Origin: Candidatus Electronema aureum
Lineage (GTDB): Bacteria > Desulfobacterota > Desulfobulbia > Desulfobulbales > Desulfobulbaceae
Direction: 5' to 3'
Length of the DNA stretch: 10,268 nt
NCBI GenBank assembly: GCA_004284765.1
Contig: NQJD01000057.1
Location: 1 to 10,268, forward strand
Shown here piece by piece: positions 5,663 to 10,268 of the stretch (position 1 is the first letter of the stretch; every line of letters begins with the position of its first letter). Below the pieces are notes generated by a model. It was not told where the DNA came from. It was given only the letters and a program-made list of their open reading frames with translations, and did no database searches. The position numbers and the translations under genes were made by a program.

Positions 5663-5750
5663 CAAGTGAAAAGCAAAAACTTTTGCCTTTTTCTTACTTC
5701 CAGTATAAATCAACAGGCCAAGCAAATCAAGTGAAAAAGCAAAAAAACTT
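5663..5750. repeat. Pair of direct repeats in the fibre-operon control region
   Basis: CAAGTGAAAAGCAAAAACTT (5663-5682) and CAAGTGAAAAAGCAAAAAAACTT (5728-5750) are identical except for A-run lengths. Their start positions are 65 bp apart. One overlaps the putative -35 element and the other lies in the putative leader. Confidence 0.6.
5702..5730 (-). promoter_or_regulatory. Putative sigma70-type promoter of the fibre operon
   Basis: The minus strand reads TTGATT (5730-5725), a 17-nt spacer, then TATACT (5707-5702). This predicts a leader of about 60 nt to the ATG at 5636. This is a motif match only. Confidence 0.35.
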
Positions 5751-5977
5751 AATAAGATGCACCGCAAAGTAGGACTTTACGTCCTAATTGTTTCCTGCAT
5801 ATAAAAAGTTGAGTTTTTCCGCCTCTCGATAGCTTGTGGCTCTCTTCAAGAGAGTCAGCATTAGGAGTTACGCAGTTGGTAAAATCAGTCAATATCTGTT
5901 GATATTATTTGTTAAACTCCGACTAATTATAATTTCGAACAATTTCTTGAACTGGTAAAGTTTTTTGAACTTCGAGC

Positions 5978-6006
5978 TTGACAGAAACGTTTTTTTCACG
6001 TATCCT
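5978..6006 (+). promoter_or_regulatory. Putative sigma70-type promoter of the divergent DUF11-like gene
   Basis: A perfect TTGACA (5978-5983) is followed by a 17-nt spacer and TATCCT (6001-6006). This predicts a leader of about 100 nt to the ATG at 6113. Confidence 0.4.
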
Positions 6007-6112
6007 GCTAAGGAAGAGATATTTTAAAGCAGGTAGCTGGCGCGGAGGAAAGCCCGGACATAGTGTTGGCGGCGGCCAGAGTTTCCTGTTTTTCTGTTAT
6101 GGAGAAAAAACT

Positions 6113-6559
6113 ATGAAAATAACATTCCGCATTACTGCTCCGCTCTTGTTGGGCTGCGCTTTACTGGTCTCCAGTCTTGTTTCAGCAGAAGAAATGTTAA
6201 CCTGCGGTGGCGACAGCGGACATAGTCCTGCTGTCCGTAAAATTAAAGCAACGGTGGATGCACCGGGGATTGCCATTAAAACAGGCAGCGAGGCCGAACA
6301 AGATCAGTGGACGTATAACATCACCAACACTGGCAACGTCAAGCTGACTAATGTCCAAGTGACTGACGAGCGGTTCATCAAAATCAGCTGTCAGCAGGAT
6401 GTGTTAGATGTAGGTGAATCAATGGGGTGTACTGCTTCTGAGCCATCAGAAATTGCCGAGACTACGAACATGGGTTGCGCGGTTGCTGATCATGTCGTTT
6501 ACAATGAAGTTGGTGTAACCGTGACAACCAAGGGTGATTGCGTTGCCGCAATGCATTAA
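6113..6559 (+). CDS. Secreted Cys-rich protein with a single DUF11-like (TIGR01451 'conserved repeat domain') Ig-like module
   Basis: GGAGA lies 7-8 nt upstream of the ATG at 6113. The track start at 5978 is a TTG inside the promoter. The signal peptide is MKITFRITAPLLLGCALLVSSLVSA/EE. WTYNITNTGNVKLTNVQVTDE...VLDVGESMGCTAS matches the y-t-i-t-v-t-N-t-G-n-v-t-L-t-n-V-x-V-t-D...L-x-P-G-E-S-x-x-C-T-A signature. The mature protein has five Cys. Confidence 0.7.
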   Translation: MKITFRITAPLLLGCALLVSSLVSAEEMLTCGGDSGHSPAVRKIKATVDAPGIAIKTGSEAEQDQWTYNITNTGNVKLTNVQVTDERFIKISCQQDVLDVGESMGCTASEPSEIAETTNMGCAVADHVVYNEVGVTVTTKGDCVAAMH

Positions 6560-6613
6560 TCTGGTAGAATGCGCCGCAGTTAGATTGTACAGCTGAAAAT
6601 TTTGCTGCGTTCA

Positions 6614-6658
6614 AAGGGACACTTCGTTGATCAACGAAGTGTCCCTTATTTTTGATTT
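6614..6658 (+). terminator. Rho-independent terminator of the DUF11-like gene
   Basis: A perfect 34-nt palindrome AAGGGACACTTCGTTGA/TCAACGAAGTGTCCCTT (6614-6647) is followed by ATTTTTGATTT. Confidence 0.85.
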
Positions 6659-6714
6659 CAGTCTATTAAAGCCCACCTGTTTGCGCCGTAGCATTACTCA
6701 TTCTTAGATAACCT

Positions 6715-8058
6715 ATGAGCCATCCTTCCCTCCTTATTGCCGGAACCCACTCTGGTTGCGGCAAAACCACTGTCACTCTCGGCATCATGGCAGCACTACG
6801 TCAGCGCGGATTCACGGTGCAACCCTTCAAGTGCGGCCCGGATTTCATCGATCCCACCCTGCATCTATTAGCCACTGGGCAGGTCTCGCGCAACCTTGAC
6901 ATCCGCATGTGTGGCCCAGAGTACGTGCGGCAGGTCTTCGCCAACCATGCTCCGGCAACGGACGGCCCGGCTATCTCGGTGATCGAAGGAGTGATGGGCC
7001 TCTTTGATGGTGGCAGTGGCTCTGCGGCAGAGCTTGCTGTACTGCTCAAGGTACCGGTGTTACTGGTGTTAGATGTGTGTGCGGCAGCAGAGAGCGCAGC
7101 CGCTGTGGTCAAAGGTTTTGAGAGTCTTAATCCGCGCGTGCAGCTGGCTGGAGTGATCTTCAATCAGGTGGGCAGCACAAAACATCTTCAAATGGTGAGC
7201 GAGGCGGTCAAAGAGCATTGCCAAGCGGAGATCATCGGCTCGCTGCCCCGTGAAACCGGCATCAGTTTGCCCTCGCGTCACCTTGGCCTGCATCTTGGCA
7301 CTGAGGTTGCTCTCAATCAACAGCAGTTGATTAGTTTGATTGAAAAGCATCTTGACCTTGACCGTCTCATTCAGATAGCTGGAGAAGCCCAAGTTCCCGC
7401 AGTGCCGTCTATAACTCTACCATCAAAGATGATCGGAAAAGTGCGTCTTGGTTTAGCTTGGGACGAGGCATTTTGTTTTTATTATCAAGATAATTTTGAC
7501 CTGCTCACCGCTGCTGGAGCCGAGCTTGTTCTCTTTAGCCCTCTGCACGACAAGGTACTCCCAGAAAACGTAGATGGTCTCTATTTCGGCGGCGGTTATC
7601 CTGAGCTTCACGCGGCGCAGCTTGCTGCTAACCGGACGTTGCGCGAGCAAATTTTAGTCTTTTCTCGCACAGGCAGGCCAGTGTATGGTGAATGCGGTGG
7701 CTTCATGTACCTGTGCGAGGCAATTGTTGATAACGAAGGCTGCCAGCAACCAATGGTCGGGGTTTATCCAGTAATCACCCGCATGAGTCAGCGACTACGG
7801 CGACTGGGCTACTGCGAGGCAGAGCTACGCGAAGACAGTTTGCTTGGCTCGGCTGGCAGCGTTCTCTACGGTCACGAATTCCATTACTCCGAGATTGACC
7901 CCATGCCTGAGCAGGTGCGGCGCATCTACACGCTCGATGACGGCAGAGCTGAGGGCTATTTGATCAACAAAACCTTAGCCGGGTATGTCCACCTGCACTG
8001 GGGCAGAACCCCGGAAGCAGCGAAGCAGTTTGTTCAGGCGATGGTTGATAATTCATAG
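6715..8058 (+). CDS. cbiA: Cobyrinate a,c-diamide synthase (glutamine-hydrolysing)
   Basis: The N-terminal ATPase region is LLIAGTHSGCGKTTVTLGIMAALRQRGFTVQPFKCGPDFIDP, followed by EGVMGLFDG. The C-terminal glutamine amidotransferase region includes YGECGGFMYL and GHEFHYS. At 447 aa the length is typical of CbiA/CobB. Confidence 0.93.
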   Translation: MSHPSLLIAGTHSGCGKTTVTLGIMAALRQRGFTVQPFKCGPDFIDPTLHLLATGQVSRNLDIRMCGPEYVRQVFANHAPATDGPAISVIEGVMGLFDGGSGSAAELAVLLKVPVLLVLDVCAAAESAAAVVKGFESLNPRVQLAGVIFNQVGSTKHLQMVSEAVKEHCQAEIIGSLPRETGISLPSRHLGLHLGTEVALNQQQLISLIEKHLDLDRLIQIAGEAQVPAVPSITLPSKMIGKVRLGLAWDEAFCFYYQDNFDLLTAAGAELVLFSPLHDKVLPENVDGLYFGGGYPELHAAQLAANRTLREQILVFSRTGRPVYGECGGFMYLCEAIVDNEGCQQPMVGVYPVITRMSQRLRRLGYCEAELREDSLLGSAGSVLYGHEFHYSEIDPMPEQVRRIYTLDDGRAEGYLINKTLAGYVHLHWGRTPEAAKQFVQAMVDNS

Positions 8059-8226
8059 CAGCAGGCCATAACGAACGAAGAAGTATTGAGAAAATACAAG
8101 AGGCTGCCACAAGGAGACTTTTTTTTATTGCTAATCTTACGCAATCCCGGTAGTGGTAAAGATGAAGTATTTTTTAATTGGTCGCATCTCGGCCTTTCAG
8201 CTATCTCCTGCGGAGGACAGGAAATC

Positions 8227-9195
8227 ATGATTGAATCTATCGGTAGCCCGGTCTTGTATCTTGGCTTTACCCTACTTGTCATCGTCTTGCTGGCGGTTGA
8301 TTTCGTCGCTCTCAGAGTTCAAGGAAATCACCGGGTGAGCGTGAAGGAAGCGGCAGCTTGGTCAGCGGTATGGATTGCTATTTCGCTCGTGTTTTGCGGT
8401 GGCTTTTGGTGGTATCTTGATAGCAGCTTTGGGCGGGAGATTGCTAACAAAAAGGCTCTGGAATATCTCACCGGTTATCTGATTGAGAAATCGTTGGCGG
8501 TCGATAATGTCTTCATCTGGATTACCTTATTTGGTTTTTTCGCGGTGCCTCCCGCCTTCCAGAAGCGAGTGTTGCTGTACGGAGTGCTGGGTGCCATTAT
8601 AATGCGCGCTGTGCTGATTTTCATCGGGGCGATGCTGCTCGCCAAGTTTCATTGGATTTTGTATATCTTCGGCCTCTTCCTTGTACTAACTGGCGTAAAG
8701 ATGCTGATTTTTTCTAGCCACGAGCCTGATCTGGAGCAAAATCCTCTTCTGCGCTGGATGCGCGGTCACATGAAGATCACCAATGAATACCACGGAGAGC
8801 AATTTTTCGTACTCAAGGAAGGTGTGCGTTACGCCACTCCGATGTTCGTTGTTCTGATGTTGATCGAGGCAACAGACTTGATCTTTGCAGCCGATTCAAT
8901 TCCTGCCATCTTTGCTGTAACCAACGACCCCTTCATCGTTTTCACCTCCAACATTTTCGCCATCCTCGGCTTGCGAGCCATGTATTTCCTGCTTGCTGAT
9001 ATGGCAGAGCGTTTTCATCTGCTCAAGTACGGGCTGGCAGTCATCCTGATGTTCATTGGCGTGAAGATGTTACTGCTTGACATCTATAAAATTCCGGTTG
9101 GAATCGCCCTTGGCATTGTCGGACTGATTCTGGCATTATCCATTGCGGCCAGCTTCATTACCTCGCGCAGTGCCGATACAAAGAACGAACACTAA
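8227..9195 (+). CDS. alx: TerC-family integral membrane protein, Alx-like (putative Mn2+/redox-linked exporter)
   Basis: By eye the protein aligns along its full length with E. coli Alx: FWWYL, LEYLTGYLIEKSLAVDNVF, VPPAFQKRVLLYGVLGAI, ATDLIFAADSIPAIFAVTNDPFIVFTSNIFAILGLRAMYFLL and ERFHLLKYGLAVIL. The ATG at 8227 (MIESIGSPVLYLGF...) matches the Alx N-terminus and follows GGAGG (8212-8216). The TTG at 8086 in the track is an in-frame upstream artefact. Confidence 0.9.
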   Translation: MIESIGSPVLYLGFTLLVIVLLAVDFVALRVQGNHRVSVKEAAAWSAVWIAISLVFCGGFWWYLDSSFGREIANKKALEYLTGYLIEKSLAVDNVFIWITLFGFFAVPPAFQKRVLLYGVLGAIIMRAVLIFIGAMLLAKFHWILYIFGLFLVLTGVKMLIFSSHEPDLEQNPLLRWMRGHMKITNEYHGEQFFVLKEGVRYATPMFVVLMLIEATDLIFAADSIPAIFAVTNDPFIVFTSNIFAILGLRAMYFLLADMAERFHLLKYGLAVILMFIGVKMLLLDIYKIPVGIALGIVGLILALSIAASFITSRSADTKNEH

Positions 9196-9207
9196 AATTC
9201 TTCCCGA

Positions 9208-9242
9208 GGCAGAACCAGCAGCTTGCTGTTCTGCCTTTTTTT
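9208..9242 (+). terminator. Rho-independent terminator of alx
   Basis: GGCAGAAC (9208-9215) pairs with GTTCTGCC (9228-9235) around an internally paired loop. A T7 run follows (9236-9242). Confidence 0.8.
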
Positions 9243-9436
9243 ATATTAGACCTCTTGCATAAGTGAAACAGGACTTACGCAAAAGTCATATGGATAGCAG
9301 GTGACTTGAGTTGCTGCTTCAAATAGTCAGACAATAATCCGTGCTTGAGACGATAAACCGTCTGCTTGGTTTCATTGGCAACTTGTTTCAGACTTCAGAC
9401 GAACCCAGACCAGAATCGCACAGGCAATGTGATTGC

Positions 9437-9496
9437 GGACCTGATTTAAACCCGATAGAAAAATTTTGGGCTTCCATGAAGGCAAAAGTCAAGTAC
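9437..9496 (+). pseudogene. IS630/Tc1-mariner-family transposase fragment (C-terminal catalytic-E motif only)
   Basis: The translation GPDLNPIEKFWASMKAKVKY contains the highly conserved (S)PDLNPIE-x-x-W-x-x-[LM]K block of IS630-family DDE transposases. Neither the upstream nor the downstream sequence continues the family pattern, so only about 20 codons survive. Confidence 0.55.
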
Positions 9497-9514
9497 CACC
9501 GGCAGAGCCGGTGG
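9496..9514 (+). repeat. GC-rich palindromic hairpin unit, copy A
   Basis: CCACCGG-CAGAG-CCGGTGG forms a 7-bp stem with a 5-nt loop. The loop and core are identical to copy B. Confidence 0.6.
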
Positions 9515-9690
9515 CTTGCGGTTGCTGGCCCCTCAAAGGGGCCTGATCGCAACCGGAAGTGCTGCATGACGGGGAAATCTCTTTGCACCCGACAGGGCTT
9601 CATAACCAAGAGGGAAAAGCGGATATACGCCGTCATGCCACCACCCCAATTGCAAAAAAAATATTCCCGGAACTGTCAAACTTCGGGAGT

Positions 9691-9709
9691 CCCCCGGCAG
9701 AGCCGGGGG
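9691..9709 (+). repeat. GC-rich palindromic hairpin unit, copy B
   Basis: CCCCCGG-CAGAG-CCGGGGG differs from copy A at one stem position on each arm (A->C and T->G), so pairing is preserved. On the plus strand it is followed by TTTACTTGTTT. On the minus strand it is followed by a second weak hairpin (9687-9666) and a U8 run (A-run at 9654-9661). It may therefore act as a terminator for the toxin-antitoxin operon. Confidence 0.5.
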
Positions 9710-9777
9710 TTTACTTGTTTAAATTAAAAAAATAGCTGACGGCATCAAGAGTTTAAGCGTTTGCGTCGAGACGGTGT

Positions 9778-9987
9778 TCAAGACGATCTAAAAACTGAAG
9801 CACTATAGTCGCCGATGCGGACACGGTAGAACGTGTCATATCCTTTTAGCTTCTTCACTTGGCTGATCTCGGTCAGGCTTTCCGCCTCTTTACAGGCAAG
9901 CAGCAGCTCCTTGACCGCTTTCAGCAGTCTGCCGTTGCTGACCTGCTTCAGGTCTTTCGCAAACTTGGCCTCAAACCGGACGTTCAT
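9778..9987 (-). CDS. RelE/ParE-family type II toxin, apparently C-terminally truncated (69 aa)
   Basis: MNVRFEAKFAKDLKQVSNGRLLKAVKELLLACKEAESLTEISQVKKLKGYDTFYRVRIGDY matches the ParE_toxin/RelE pattern (F.K.LK...KKLKG....YR.RIGDYR). After GDY the frame gives SASVFRSS and a stop, so the usual 25-30 C-terminal residues are missing. The +1 frame reads IVLQFLDRLEHRLD, weakly like the expected V.F.R.LHR.D tail. Confidence 0.7.
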   Translation of the reverse strand: MNVRFEAKFAKDLKQVSNGRLLKAVKELLLACKEAESLTEISQVKKLKGYDTFYRVRIGDYSASVFRSS

Positions 9988-10193
9988 TCTGCCGCCCGGT
10001 CAAGAAGTGAGAGAACTTCCTCCTCTGAGACGAACTCGTTCTTACAGCCTTCGGCAATGGCGTTGGCTAAACCGACTTCCTCCAGAGCCTCCATTAAGAT
10101 GTCCCGGATCAGGTCGCGCTTGGTGCGGAGCAGCTCAATCATCACTTCGGTGAGCAGCTCCTTGGTCTTGTCATCGCTGATTGAAAGTTCCAT
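9984..10193 (-). CDS. Putative cognate antitoxin of the RelE/ParE toxin
   Basis: This is a 69-aa acidic, helical protein (MELSISDDKTKELLTEVMIELLRTKRDL...AIAEGCKNEFVSEEEVLSLLDRAAE). Its TGA stop overlaps the toxin ATG in an ATGA overlap (9984-9987), the classic type II toxin-antitoxin arrangement. I did not recognise the family. Confidence 0.65.
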   Translation of the reverse strand: MELSISDDKTKELLTEVMIELLRTKRDLIRDILMEALEEVGLANAIAEGCKNEFVSEEEVLSLLDRAAE

Positions 10194-10268
10194 GCTGGTT
10201 ATGCTGGTTGAATGTCCTTGGTGATTTTCATGCCCCTTGCCTTCCCTTCTGGCTCTGCCGCGCCAGCA

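Noticed and set aside
5978-6112. Upstream 45-codon extension of the DUF11-like ORF
   Set aside because: The extension starts at a TTG that is itself the -35 hexamer candidate. It encodes no signal peptide. The ATG at 6113 has a GGAGA Shine-Dalgarno site and is followed immediately by a canonical signal peptide.
6560-6714. Cobalamin riboswitch upstream of cbiA
   Set aside because: After the terminator at 6614-6658, only about 56 nt remain before the ATG. That is far too short for a B12 element, and no B12-box-like sequence is visible.
8086-8226. Upstream 47-codon extension of the TerC/Alx ORF. This frame is also the cbiA frame, separated from it only by the TAG at 8056-8058, which could suggest readthrough or fusion.
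   Set aside because: The Alx alignment starts at the ATG at 8227, which has its own GGAGG. A stop-free run of 56 codons has a probability of several percent by chance. Nothing in the extension looks like protein sequence (MRKYKRLPQGDFFLLLILRNPGSGKD...).
9255-9282. Imperfect hairpin TTGCATAAGT-N8-ACTTACGCAA downstream of the alx terminator
   Set aside because: It has one mismatch, no flanking U-tract on either strand and no repeat partner in the window. It cannot be distinguished from chance or IS debris.
9564-9650. Cobalamin-riboswitch-like or SRP-like RNA in the hairpin region (AGAGGGAAAAGCGG, GCCACC, CCGGAAG strings)
   Set aside because: These are isolated short resemblances. The diagnostic GGUGAAAAUCC / GCCACUG context (B12) and the GGAAGCAGCC symmetric-loop context (SRP) are absent.
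9341-9727. 128-aa ORF as a real gene
   Set aside because: Only residues around PDLNPIEKFW look like protein (the IS630 scrap). The rest is read through GC-rich hairpins and gives Arg/Cys/Pro-rich nonsense.
1-10268. CRISPR arrays, tRNA, rRNA, integrase/att sites and known defence-system genes
   Set aside because: I saw no regularly spaced direct repeats, no cloverleaf-compatible sequences and no rRNA-like stretches. No ORFs show nuclease, helicase, methylase or reverse-transcriptase signatures.

Overview
This looks like a Gram-negative chromosome, because it encodes a lipobox-like lipoprotein, a YafK-type periplasmic enzyme and Sec signal peptides. An anaerobe (Desulfobacterota-like) is only a guess. 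Three housekeeping-type genes are confident: a KamA-family radical SAM enzyme (875-1915, +), cobyrinate a,c-diamide synthase cbiA (6715-8058, +) and an Alx/TerC-family membrane protein (8227-9195, +). Between KamA and cbiA lies an AT-richer block (about 1920-6600). It holds the most interesting content: a minus-strand cluster that I read as a previously undescribed curli/holdfast-like extracellular fibre system. Its genes, in transcription order, are two paralogous secreted repeat proteins (5636->5205 and 4988->4557), a small secreted protein (4530->4195) and a CsgG/HfaB-like lipoprotein (4005->2851). A yafK-type L,D-transpeptidase-fold gene follows (2732->1923). A Cys-rich secreted protein with one DUF11-like domain (6113-6559) is transcribed divergently across a 476-bp repeat-rich control region. 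Both window edges are mosaic, scarred DNA. On the left are a transposase 3' end (2-151) and a MORN-repeat gene whose 3' end is replaced by a truncated, doubly frameshifted RelE/ParE-type toxin remnant (about 612-854). On the right are an IS630-type transposase scrap with GC-rich hairpin repeats (9437-9709) and a RelE/ParE toxin-antitoxin pair (9778-10193, minus) whose toxin looks C-terminally truncated. I found no rRNA, tRNA or CRISPR array. All family assignments come from reading the translations by eye; no database search was run.
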